Below, piece after piece: positions 22,841-32,737 of a stretch of DNA of 32,737 bases. The DNA lies in the NCBI RefSeq assembly GCF_001194135.2, contig NC_068982.1, positions 33,092,805 to 33,125,541 on the forward strand. Direction: 5' to 3'. A program made the position numbers and the translations under genes. Source of the stretch: Octopus bimaculoides (lineage: Eukaryota). The notes beneath the pieces are model-generated. The model ran no database searches and was not told the DNA's origin. It saw only the letters and a list, made by a program, of their open reading frames with translations. Positions within the stretch are counted from its first letter, which is position 1. Every line of letters starts with the position of its first letter.

Positions 22841-23028
22841 CAGGCAATTTTTATATCCAACTTAACGTGGATGCCTTGTTAGAACGCCGAAGACTGCGTT
22901 ATTAGTCTTGAGAGATCCTATCATATAGGCGCTTGATGCATAAAAGCAAGGATTTTCTCATGGCTACTAACGCAGTATTCGGAGTTCAAACAAGACGTTC
23001 ACGTTAAGTTGGATATAACGGTTACTTA
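22841..23028. mobile_element. palindromic Tc1/mariner(pogo/Tigger)-like MITE, about 188 bp
   Basis: Arms 22851-22920 and 22949-23018 are about 80% complementary (TTATATCCAACTTAACGTG...). Left end TA|CAGG; right TSD degenerate. Confidence 0.78.
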
Positions 23029-23655
23029 TTTTGTGTATATGCTTCGTTTTACAAAGTGATTGATTCATATGCTCTATCATGTATTAAGTTAATTTCTATG
23101 CGTGCGTCTTCGAAAACATCTGAGACCATTTTGGGCATGTTAAATGAAGTCAAGAATGTGTAGTCTTCATTAGAAAGTTAAGATGCTGAGTGTCCTAAAG
23201 CACTACCTTGAGACAACCTGGACGAAGATCTATGTTTCATTTTCGTTCAGGGCAACCCAGTTTTGCAAAGTTCATTACTTTGTAAAATGTATCCAAATGA
23301 GTTTAAACTGGAACTGTAGACTAAAGAGACACTTGTCAATTTTACAACGCTGCCGTTGTTTATAGCTATCAATTGTTCCTAGTTGACAGTATCCATTTAC
23401 AACTAAATGGTATGATCCCTAGGTAGGATATATACACTTCCGATTCATCTTCGGCTTCTTATCCAACACTACAGAACACCTTCAGTTTGGCAACTCCCCC
23501 GAACCCGCATGTTTTGAATTTTAAATTACATTAAGCAATAAAGACAGAATCATTACTGGTTGATTTTATTTCCTGTTTTAAGCTTTGTTCTTGCTCTGGT
23601 ATGGCATTAGTATTTATGTAGAATGAGATAGTAAGACAATATTCATATAGGACCT

Positions 23656-23870
23656 AAGGCGGTGAGCTGGCAGAATCGTTAGCACGCCGAGTAAAATGCT
23701 TAGCGGCATTTCGTTCGTTTTCACGTTCTATGTTAAAATTCTGTTGAGGTCGACTTTGCCTTTCATCCTTTCAGGGTCGATAAAATAAGTATCAGCTGAG
23801 CACTAGTGTTGATGTGACCAACTTGACCCCTTCTTCGGGATTACTGGCCTTATGCCAAAATTTGAAATCA
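23656..23870 (+). mobile_element. SINE family B, full length
   Basis: aaggcggtgagctggcagaatcgttagcacgccg...gaggtcgactttgcctttcatcc...gccaaaatttgaaatc. Confidence 0.88.
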
Positions 23871-24141
23871 GTATTTACATAAGACCTCACCGAAGGTCAA
23901 TTCTGTTTTCCGACACTTTTTCCATCATTATCCAGCACTGACCAGGTCCCAAGACTACTAAATTTAAAACGTTCAACTTGGATGGAATTGGTTATTTATG
24001 GGTCTTTTAAAAAATATTAATCGATTAAATTAGTCGAATAGAAAAAACTGGTTTGTCAAATGGACGCTGAAGGTCGAAAGAAAAATGTACAATATCTAAA
24101 TGAATGACAGACCATGTGAGAAGAGAATACCGTAATTAATC

Positions 24142-24237
24142 TTTTTTATACTAAAGGCACAAGATCAGCAATTATGGAGGTAGGGTACCAGTCGATTATA
24201 TCGACCCCGGTATTCAACCAATACTTATTTTGTCGAA
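24142..24237 (-). mobile_element. SINE family B, 3' part
   Basis: Reverse complement tcgacaaaataagtattggttgaataccggggtcgatataatcgact...cttgtgcctttagtataaaaaa. Confidence 0.7.
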
Positions 24238-24238
24238 T

Positions 24239-24435
24239 GCAGCGAGCTGGTAGAAACGTTAGCACGCCGGGCGAAATGCTTTACGCTATGAATTCAAATT
24301 CCGCCGAGGTCGACTTTGTTTTTCATCCTTTCGGGGTCGATGAATTAAGTATCATTTGCGTACTGGGGTCGATCTAAACGACTGGCCCCCTCCCCCCAAA
24401 AAAATTCGGGCATTGTGCCTAGAGTAGAAATGAAT
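24239..24435 (+). mobile_element. SINE family B, full length with small internal deletion
   Basis: gcagcgagctggtagaaacgttagcacgccgggcgaaatgc...gtgcctagagtagaaa. Confidence 0.88.
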
Positions 24436-24436
24436 A

Positions 24437-24651
24437 TCGGTTTCAAATTTTGGTACAAGGCCAGCATTTCGCGGGAGGTGCTCAGTCGATTACATTGGTA
24501 CTTACTGGTACTTACTCGACTGGTACTTACTTTGTCAAACCCGAAAGGATGAAAAGCAAAGTCAACCTCGGTAGAATTTGAACTCAGAACGTGAAGACGG
24601 ACGAAATACAGCTAAGCATTTTGCCCGGAGTGCTATCGATTCTGCCAGCTA
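24437..24651 (-). mobile_element. SINE family B, tail-to-tail with the previous copy
   Basis: Reverse complement ctagctggcagaatcgatagcactccgggcaaaatgcttagc...ttctgagttcaaattctaccgagg...cttgtaccaaaatttgaaacc. Confidence 0.88.
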
Positions 24652-25246
24652 GTATGTTAACTACAAACCCTTGATTCACTGTTTACATCTCTTAAATGTA
24701 GTCGATATAAATTTGACTTGAGACAGTAATATTGTTTTTGTTTTTCGGGGATTTTTTTCCTTTCGATATAATTATGAACTGCTTCGGGGTACATTGTAGA
24801 AGATATTTATCCGGAAGCGAAAACAAAACAAAAAAAAAAAAAGAATGACATTAGAAAAAGATATTTCCTTCACACGTCTTTTACATACAAGATAATACCT
24901 TCAAACTCATAGATTGAATTGTTTCATTTTGTTCTTTTTTTTTCTTTCTTTTTTTTTTTGAAATCCTAGGATCGACTTTTACATCTTTAGTAACTTTTAT
25001 TTGAGCATACATGTTACATGAAAGCAAAACTGCGCACAGACACATGAATGTGTGTGTGTGTGTGTGCCCGCGCGCTTGTGTGTACGTGCGTGCGTGCGTG
25101 CGTGTGCGTACGCGCGCGTGCGTGTGTGTGTGCGCGCACGTGTTAAGAAAAAGAAAATAGGATTTGGATAAAATCTATTTATTTAGCTCTTTCGTCTCTT
25201 TCAGGGATTCATCATGAATTATTTATTATAGAAAATTGATATTATA

Positions 25247-25286
<40 letters not shown>

Positions 25287-25629
25287 TTAATGCTTTGCTT
25301 AAATATTCGCCACACATACTTGCTTACACATATATAGACACACATATACACAGACATATATACACACATACATGCACACACATATATGTGCACATATATA
25401 GGCTTAAAACGACAAAGAGCATCTCAAATAACCACTCCTAAATTATCCTCTTCCCAAAACCCATGAAAACGAATTCAACTCCAGATATTTTCAACTAACT
25501 CACAGATATATGTATAAAAGGTATGAATTTTCTATAAGAAATCATTCATAATGCATCCCTAAAAGGGACGAAAGCACTAAATGAATATTTATAATCTAAA
25601 TCCTATCTTTTTTTCTTAACATATAAATC

Positions 25630-25982
25630 TGTACCCCACTTCAAACAATCTCTACCTTGTAAAGTGCTTTCTACTATAGCCTTTTTCCGACCGAAGCCTT
25701 GTGAGTGGAGTTGATAGATGGAAACTGAAAGAAGCCTGTTGTATATGTATATATTTATCTGTATGTGTATTTGTGATCGTGTTGCGTTTGTTCCCCAACA
25801 CCGTTTGACCACCCGTGCTGGTTTCTTTATGCCCCGTAACATAGCGGTTCGGCAAAAGAGAACGATAGAATAAGTACCAGGCTTTAAAAAAAATAACGTT
25901 GATTTGTTCGACTAAGTCATTCAAGGTGGTGGCTCAGCATGGCCGCAGTCCAATGACTGAAACAAGTGAAAGCTAAAAGATA
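25630..25982 (+). mobile_element. SINE family A, near full length with internal (TA/TG)n
   Basis: aagtgctttctactatagcc...gccttgtgagtggagttgatagatggaaactgaaagaagcc...catggccgcagtccaatgactgaaacaagtgaaag. Confidence 0.88.
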
Positions 25983-26544
25983 CCTATAACAAAGAAATTA
26001 GAAACCTGCCAGCAGATTCATCTAGCTGCTAACATATTTTTAATTTGTCATTGCTCTATTTTATAGCATATGTATATTTATTTATCAACATCCAGCAAAT
26101 GTATATACCAACGGTATTTACTTCTAATTTGCCTATCATGAAAAAATACATAAAGGTTAATGCAATGACGAACTTCAGTCTGCAACTCATTCTAGAATGT
26201 CTTGCCTTCAATCTTATCAACAGACAGTAGGCATTTCATAATTCCATTGCTTTCTATCATCCTGTATTCACATACATTTTATATTCATTTTACAGCTGTT
26301 TATTTATCATTGCAGGGACATCAGCTACGGAAACAGACTGTATTCCTATTGAACTTCTTAGTCACTATTTTGTTTTTTCTTTAATTGCCAAGGACTTGCA
26401 TAATTATAAATATCAATAGCTAACATATTTCTTTACAGTATCGTTACTGTATATTATCAGGATGTTCTAATTGTAATCATGTTTTAGAAAAGACAGTTTT
26501 ATTTGTATTATAACTCTAGTTGACTAAAGCAGAGAACCGACACA

Positions 26545-26692
26545 TTCTGAGTTCCAATGCTGCCCAGATTAACTTTGCTTTCATCCTTTTGAGAGTTGAT
26601 AAAATAAAGTACCGGTCAAGCACTGGCAAAGATACTATCGACTCCCCTGCCTCCTCTCAAGATTGCTGACCTCGTGCCTAAATCAGAAACAG
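26545..26692 (+). mobile_element. SINE family B, diverged, head truncated
   Basis: ttctgagttccaatgctgcccagattaactttgctttcatcc...gtgcctaaatcagaaac. Confidence 0.7.
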
Positions 26693-27209
26693 TTTAGTTG
26701 TTGTGTATATCCACTACATAACTGAGTACAGCTTATACTTAGAAAATATGCATGTCATTTTTTTTTTATGCGTATGTGTGTATACATTATAAGTGTTTGT
26801 GAGTGAATGTGTATGTATGGATGGATGTACATCGGGACGTCGCGACTAAACCGGTAAACCTTACCAAGCCTTCTTTGTAAGGAACATGGTATTTGTTGGA
26901 AACCCAACAGAACGAAAACAAAGCCTGTCAAAGGACGGACGAACTCAGCTGAGTCAACGACCAGCAACTTGGAGTGACAGATCCCTAGTCTTTGATTTGA
27001 TTAAACAACTCTCAAAGAGAGGAAAATTCCGAAATAATATCAACCTTATCGAAAGATGGGGGTCTTGCCATTGCTTGTGTCTGGATTATTTCGCTTTGAA
27101 GGTAAGAGTTTTAGCTGTGTTCTGCAAGCTGATATTGGTGACCATAGAGAGGCTGCCTCGATAGTTCAGCTATTGGTAAAAGTGATAGGGTCATTATAAT
27201 ACAACCAAT

Positions 27210-27665
27210 GGATTAGCAGAATTGTTAGTGCAACATTTGTTCCGGCCCTTTACGTTCTCAGTAGGTCAACTTCCCTCTTTAACCTTTTGGGGCCAATGAA
27301 ATAAAATACCAAATTAAGTTCTGGGATATATGGTATCAACTTATCTTCTGGTTACGCACTGGGGTCGATGTAATCGACTCAATCCGTTCGTCTGTCCTTG
27401 TTTGTTCTCTCTATGTTTAGCCCCTTGTGGGCAATAAAGAAATGAGAAACATTAGCACGCCGGGCGAAATGCTTAGCGGTATTTCGTCTGCCGCTACGTT
27501 CTGAGTTCAAATTCCACCGAGGTCGACTTTGCCTTTCATCCTTTCGGGGTCGATTAAATAAGTACCAGTTACGCACTGGGGGTCGATTTAATCGACTTAA
27601 TCCGTTTGTCTGTCCTTGTTTGTCCCCTCTATGTTTAGCCCCCTTGTGGGCAGTAAAGAAATAAG
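27210..27665 (+). mobile_element. old SINE-B remnant followed by a young head-to-tail SINE-B tandem (217 bp period, about 1.5 units)
   Basis: GTTACGCACTGGGGTCGAT...CCCCTTGTGGGCA.TAAAGAAAT at 27351-27444 and 27568-27665, with the SINE head between them. Confidence 0.9.
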
Positions 27666-27837
27666 CAAGAATACTGAAAGACTGCCCTTCAAGAACGATC
27701 TTTAAAAGAAAGAAAAATAACAATATGGAACGTTTTGTCACATGATCGAAAGTTCGGGAACATTTAGTCCACTGAACTGGTCAATGTTCCACAATCAATC
27801 ACAATTGCTTACAAGAAAAGTACCTATACTAAGAACA

Positions 27838-28136
27838 CAGGGTCAAACTAAAGCGTTTGACCCGAGCTGAAAAATTTTAAAAAATTAGTCTAATAAGTGT
27901 AAAACAACTTGCTGTGAACGAATATGAAGAAAAAAAATACGCGCTCGCGAACGGGGGGTGGGTCGGTGGGGAGAGGACGATGTGAATGTTCCGAGACGCC
28001 TCACCGGAGCCAAGAAACAAAAGAAAAATAGTGTAATAGATGTAAAACGACTTACTCTGAACGAATATGAAAAAAAAAAAAAAATGCGGAGCTCGAGTCA
28101 AACGCTTTAGTTTGACCGGAAGGTGAACCTGCCCTG
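27838..28136. mobile_element. Tc1/mariner-type MITE, about 300 bp, with self-complementary subterminal inverted repeats and an internal direct repeat
   Basis: GGTCAAACTAAAGCGTTTGAC(C/T)CGAGC at 27841-27867 and inverted at 28091-28117 (26/27 identical). Ends ca|CAGGG and CCCTG|TA. Confidence 0.7.
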
Positions 28137-28221
28137 TATGCCGTATTGCTATATAGAAGACGGACCATGAGCGCAAGCCCAAGTATTATGCGCCGTATGA
28201 GAAGGTTCCACTGTAGTTGGG

Positions 28222-28425
28222 AAAAGGATCTTTAACATGAACATGAAGATGGCTCTGCTATACGCGCGTGAAATATGGTGAGTCACAAATCTTTTCCGTG
28301 ACAAGTTCCAAATGTTTGCGTATGGACGTCTCATCTTCGGATGAGATGACAAGACAAACTCACAAAGCCTTGTGAGAATAGATAACCCAGCGACCTATTC
28401 AAACCAAATCGAGAAGAGGAAAACT
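28222..28425 (+). mobile_element. old RTE-clade LINE ORF2 fragment (pseudogenised)
   Basis: KRIFNMNMKMALLYAREIW*VTNLFRDKFQMF...QIEKRK resembles the RTE consensus RIFNSNVKSVLLYG.ETW...KLQ.F...I..RK. Confidence 0.6.
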
Positions 28426-28489
28426 ATTTAATTTCTATGAACAATAAAGGAATAAGTACAATGGAAATGTAATCAAGAATGAGGAGTAC

Positions 28490-28585
28490 ACTGATCGACG
28501 CAAACGAAGCAGACGACGGTATAAATTTTGAATAAATATTCCCAATTTATTGTATATTGTATCCGGGTTCGACTTGTCAACTTCG
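28490..28585 (+). pseudogene. possible highly decayed, interrupted tRNA-Arg remnant
   Basis: gacgcaaa...gacgacggta (5'/anticodon-like) and tccgggttcgacttgtcaacttcg (28562-28585, T arm/acceptor-like). Confidence 0.3.
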
Positions 28586-28730
28586 AATACTATTTCAGAA
28601 ATACCTGCTTATGCAGCGCAGTAATAAAAATTTGTGTATGCGTGTGTGTATGTGTCACATTTTCTATGTAGACAACTTGTGTCAGTCAACAAAGAAATTA
28701 GCGGTTAAGTACCAAATTAATTTGCTGTCA

Positions 28731-28803
28731 GGGCTTGTGGCGCAATGGATAACGCGTCTGACTACGGATTGGAAGATTCCAAGTTCGAATCCTGGCAAGC
28801 TCG
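28731..28803 (+). tRNA. tRNA-Arg-ACG: tRNA-Arg (anticodon ACG), 73 nt, slightly degenerate
   Basis: Acceptor GGGCTTG/CAAGCTC+G; D arm GCGC/GCG; anticodon loop CT-ACG-GA (ACG at 28764-28766); T loop TTCGAAT; TTTT within about 10 nt downstream. Very close to the canonical metazoan tRNA-Arg-ACG, but with two G-U pairs in the anticodon stem and an A-C mismatch in the T stem. Confidence 0.9.
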
Positions 28804-28977
28804 TAAATATTATTTTATTTTACTTTATGTTATTATGCGAAACATGTTCGTTCATATATTTCTTAATTTTAAGTACATATTTTACAAATATGCGACTTGT
28901 ATGAAGAAGGAAATATGACCATCTCCAGCTATAACGGTAACAAATTTGTGATGAATATCGTTAGTTCTACTGCATGA

Positions 28978-29049
28978 GGTTTTGTCACGCAACATATAAC
29001 TCATCGACTACGGTTCAGAAGACTCTAGGTTCATGTTCAGGCCAACTCG
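28978..29049 (+). pseudogene. decayed tRNA-Arg(ACG) pseudogene
   Basis: GGTTTTGTCACGCAACATATAACTCATC-GACTACGGTTCAGAAGACTCTAGGTTCATGTTCAGGCCAACTCG aligns end to end with 28731-28803 (one deletion). The B box is destroyed. Confidence 0.82.
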
Positions 29050-29158
29050 AGAATTTATTATTCGAATTTCTAACGCAAAAACATGTTTCTCTGCCTTGGG
29101 AAATTTTCCTATTGCCGTTTGGAAATAGTCTAATCAGTGAATTATTTTCAAATATTGA

Positions 29159-29190
<32 letters not shown>

Positions 29191-29348
29191 ATATTCATCA
29201 ATTGTTGTAAGGTCTTGGCAACTGATTTTAATGTCTTGAGCACCAGATATACTTTAAAAAGAAAACTTGAATATAGAAAACTAAAGAGTTTACTTTAAAT
29301 CAGAAACTTGTAGGGTTGCAGTTGTTGTAAGTCTCTTTAGCATAAATA

Positions 29349-30598
29349 CGAGGGAAAGTAAAAATTATCCGCATTTTCACTGTAACATATCTTATACTTG
29401 GTACTGTTGTGGTCACGTGATCGAAGTTTGAGCCTGATCGCGCCATTTTTCTTCCTGGCTTTACAACGTAAGCATGGCTGCTCCACTAGCAATATGCACC
29501 AAAGAAGAACAAAGAGCAGTGATCCGATTTCTCTGGTCAGAAGGTGTGTCAGGTGTTGAAATTCATCAATGGCTTTTAGCATAATACGTGGGTAGTGCAC
29601 TACCGTGTAGAAATGTGTATGAGTGGATCGAGAAGTTTGAAAGTGGCCGAACTGGCGTGACGCACGTAGAGGGAACAGAACGCCCATCAACCTCCACCAC
29701 TGACGAGAAGATTCAGCAAGCTCGAAAGATAGTAATGGTGAACCAGCGAGTTATCATCTATGTGGTAGCTCATTCGCTGCAGATTAGGCATGGTTTTGCC
29801 TATCAAATCATCCACGATGAGCTCAGCTTCCATAAAGTTTATGCAAGATGAGTGTTAAGTGAACTTACTGCAGAGTACAAGATCTTCAGGTCTGCCAACG
29901 TTTACTCGATCGCTGCAACAATGAGCAGAATAGTCATAGGAGATAAAACGTAGGTCCATCATTATGAGGCAGAATCCAAAAGACGGAATATGAAGTGGAA
30001 ACATCCTGGCTCGCCATTGACGAAGAAATTCAAGACTCAGTCTTCCGTGGAAAAGCTGATGCTAACCCTATTTTGAGACTCAAAAGAGCCTATATTGGAA
30101 GACTACCTGGGAAAGGGGGTACTATCAACAGTGCAAGATACATTGCTTTGCTGGCCAACAAACTGAAGCCAGTAATTCGTATCAAACGCTGAAGCCTATT
30201 GTTGAAGAATGTTTTGTTGTTGCATGACAATGCACGCCCACCCACGGCCACCCAGACCGTTGAAACCATTAACCAATTGGGTTTTGAGGTGCTGGAACAA
30301 CCTGCTTACAGCCCAGATGTCGCCCTAACGGATATCATAACTTTGGACCGCTCAAAGATGGTTTACGGAGTCATCGATTTCCTACAGATGACGATGTGAA
30401 AGAAGCGGTGCATAAACGGTTTCACGACCAACCGAAAACCTTCTCCTTGGAGGGAATACGCAAGCTTGTGGACCACTGGACCAAGTACATCGAAAATGAA
30501 GAAGACTATATAGAAAAATGACGTACTTTTTTATCCCCCTATTTTTGTGTAAATACATTGAAAAAACAAAAGTACGTATAATTTTTGACTCTCCCTCG
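29349..30598 (+). mobile_element. full-length mariner DNA transposon (1250 bp), TA TSD, inactive
   Basis: TIRs TA|CGAGGGAAAGT-AAAAATTATCCGCATTTT and (reverse complement) TA|CGAGGGAGAGTCAAAAATTATACGTACTTTT enclose a transposase relic. Confidence 0.96.
29474..30521 (+). pseudogene. mariner transposase pseudogene (D,D34D), multiple stops and frameshifts
   Basis: MAAPLAICTKEEQRAVIRFLWSEG...; WVP.L-like (AR*VLSEL); IGDKT*VHHY; LHDNARP-(34 aa)-YSPDVALTD; ...DYIEK*. Confidence 0.93.
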
Positions 30599-31344
30599 TA
30601 AATTTCATTTGCACTTGAAGTGTTCAAGTTATATTTGGTTTGCATTTGAAAGCATGAGTTGATTCACATTGTGAAAATTTAAATTGCAGCTGTGTCAGTT
30701 TCAAGTTATTGAGGACGAAAATTTAATGATAATACAAAATATATCTATGCATTTTACATGCAAACGAAATACGTTTATATACACAAAAAATACTGCATCT
30801 GAAAAATCTCCTGATCCTAATCTGCTTCTGATTTTTTAAAAATTGTGTATTTTTAGATTTAAAAAAAAAAAAATTGCAGTTTCTGCATGTCTGATGCTTA
30901 AAACAATAATCTGAAAACCGTTTGTTTTACAAGAAAAAAAAAATAGCTCAATTAAAAAAAGTTAGAGGTGTGACTGAAAGAAAAATCCACGCTTAAACAA
31001 ATACGAGTATATTCCAACTTTTCTTGTCATTTCGCTCGTAATTTCTTATAATTTCAAATGATTAAATCTTTTTCTCTCCCTCTGCAACTTAATTGCGATT
31101 GCTTGACACTCCTACACAAACACCCGAACAAGTATATCTGTCCATCTATCTATCTATCTATCTATTTATCTTTCTGTCTGCCTGTCTTTCTGTTGGCTCT
31201 GTCCATCTGGATGGATGTGTGTGTGTGTGTGTGTAGATGTGTGTATTTGTATGAACGTTTGTACGGATATTATATATACAAAGATTCGTGTTGTAGTTCT
31301 CCATCTTAGTCACCATTTCCTTCTCAAGAATATATAGTAGAAAT

Positions 31345-31425
31345 AGAGAGCTGAAAAAACAACAAACGGTAGTTTCTTGTTTTATGTTCCGAGTTCAAAT
31401 TCCACCTTGGTCGAGTCCATTTTTC
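31345..31425 (+). mobile_element. SINE family B head remnant
   Basis: atgttccgagttcaaattccaccttggtcgagt. Confidence 0.5.
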
Positions 31426-31479
31426 CAGTTTTGATTTTTTTAAAATATGAGGATTCTATTACGACCAGTGAACTAAAGG

Positions 31480-32010
31480 AAATGACGTATGTGATTCATA
31501 ATGACGCCTCCGTCTGCTATTAATGACCATGGATGAATGCCCTAGCTGTCCGTCCCGCAAGAACAGCGTTATCTGTGTTTGAACAGTCCGGTGAGCGAAG
31601 CCAGTCACTGACACACAAACTGCACTTACGAATTGCTCTGGTGCTGTTTGAGTTGTAGTGTTCTTTTCTGTGGATCCGCCTTTCTTCATGTTGCACTCAT
31701 CAGTCTCTCCAGTATTGGGTGTTCGATAAGACCCAAGCCTGAATAGTATGGTATAGAGGACAGTTTGTTTCCATGCAGTGTGTCTCCACTCTTCAGGTAA
31801 CTGATGAATCCCAAGGTACGACATGACCGCTACAATTTGGTATCAACGTCGTCACATGAGTTGCTAAAATGTAGTTGTAGACAACGTCGAACTGCTCCAG
31901 GGATTTGACTCCCGATTTTTTCTTAAAGTAGCGGAGGTTTGAAATCAGCGTTTTCCTTCCCCTAGATGGACTACCCCTTTCTTCACACGGCTAACGAGCT
32001 CCATCTGTCA
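31480..32010 (-). mobile_element. probable RTE-type LINE 5' region remnant
   Basis: 31929-32010 (ggtttgaaatcagcgttttccttcccctagatgg...gctaacgagctccatctg) resembles RTE 5' UTR sequence on the minus strand. The downstream block has higher complexity but no clear APE motif. Confidence 0.4.
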
Positions 32011-32147
32011 ATCTGACTTACTAATTAATCTATAGTTAGGACACTGACAGGTGCTGCAACACTACTTCAGAATAGACCTGGAAACAATATGTGTGTGTGT
32101 GTTTGTGTGTATGTATGTGTGTATTATATATGCATGTGTATAGTGTT

Positions 32148-32184
<37 letters not shown>

Positions 32185-32365
32185 ATTGGATGAAGTTAAA
32201 ACTTACACCCTGCACTTAACTGGTTCAACGACATGTATTTAGATAATTCGGTTAAATTGTAATGGATTGAATAACGTGGTGGAACTCGATTAAGTCCATC
32301 AAAACATCTCATAGTGTGAGAACAAACTAAACAGGAATTTTATGGATACATTCCAACCATCTCTA

Positions 32366-32490
32366 ATATTGGTTTCAAATATTGGCACAAAGTCAGCAGT
32401 TTCGGGTGAGGAGGTAAATCGACTACATCGATCTTAGTCTTAAATTGGTACTTGACCACAAAAGCATTAAAGGCAGAGTCGAAACTCAGA
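32366..32490 (-). mobile_element. SINE family B remnant
   Basis: ggtttcaaatattggcacaa...aatcgactacatcgat...ggtact parallels 24437-24530. Confidence 0.65.
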
Positions 32491-32494
32491 GTAG

Positions 32495-32667
32495 GCATTA
32501 CTGACCACTGCTATTGTTCTGAACATCCAGACGCATCAAATATTTTATTTTGGAGACTTCTTGCAGAGAACCACTCAACTAGTTAACAGCAGACAAAGAC
32601 AATAAATTGAGGACCTACAGAAGGTAAGGAGGGTGTGGTGAGCGAAATTCCTGCCTGAGGCCACTAG
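32495..32667 (+). mobile_element. 3' end of RTE-clade LINE, same family as 1451-1620
   Basis: ITDHCYCSEHPDASNILFWR...gaggacctacagaaggtaagg...gaaattcctgcctgaggccactag then (AAG)n. Confidence 0.65.
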
Positions 32668-32737
32668 AAGAAGAAGAAGAAGAAGAAGAAGAAGAAGAAG
32701 AAGAAGAAGAAGAAGAAGAAGAAGAAGAAGAAGAAGA
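32667..32737 (+). repeat. (GAA)n tail, runs off the window
   Basis: Directly visible. Confidence 0.97.

Noticed and set aside
26316-26500. Candidate small exons after tttatcattgcag and tattatcag
   Set aside because: Acceptor-like sites are common in AT-rich DNA, donors are weak and the peptides are unrecognisable.
26886-27164. 92-aa ORF with an AAG|GTAAGA donor-like site near 27100
   Set aside because: No domain recognised and no upstream acceptor established; needs a transcript alignment.
31459-31824. 121-aa minus-strand ORF
   Set aside because: Lies within a probable LINE 5' remnant; no APE or other motif identifiable.

Overview
AT-rich, gapped (7 N-runs) eukaryotic nuclear DNA saturated with microsatellites and interspersed repeats. 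The SINE/MITE/LINE sequences look like octopus (coleoid cephalopod) repeats; this is inferred from recognition, not from a search. I find no supportable host protein-coding gene, so the window is probably intronic or intergenic, and almost all ORFs in the track are microsatellite or N-gap artefacts. Supported content: one near-intact tRNA-Arg(ACG) gene with one or two decayed neighbours; a tRNA-Lys(CTT)-like Pol III-type unit inside interleaved inverted repeats; a full-length dead mariner (D,D34D); a fold-back mariner derivative built from two left ends; piggyBac-like and Tc1/mariner-like MITEs; a CR1-like RT fragment; several RTE-clade LINE fragments, one ending in at least 3 C2H2 fingers; Penelope-like termini with relic minimal hammerhead motifs; and many SINE copies. 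Nothing here is demonstrably a new biological system. The best candidates for follow-up are the tRNA-like/inverted-repeat unit (10.07-10.51 kb), the multi-zinc-finger RTE, the two-headed mariner and the hammerhead relics.
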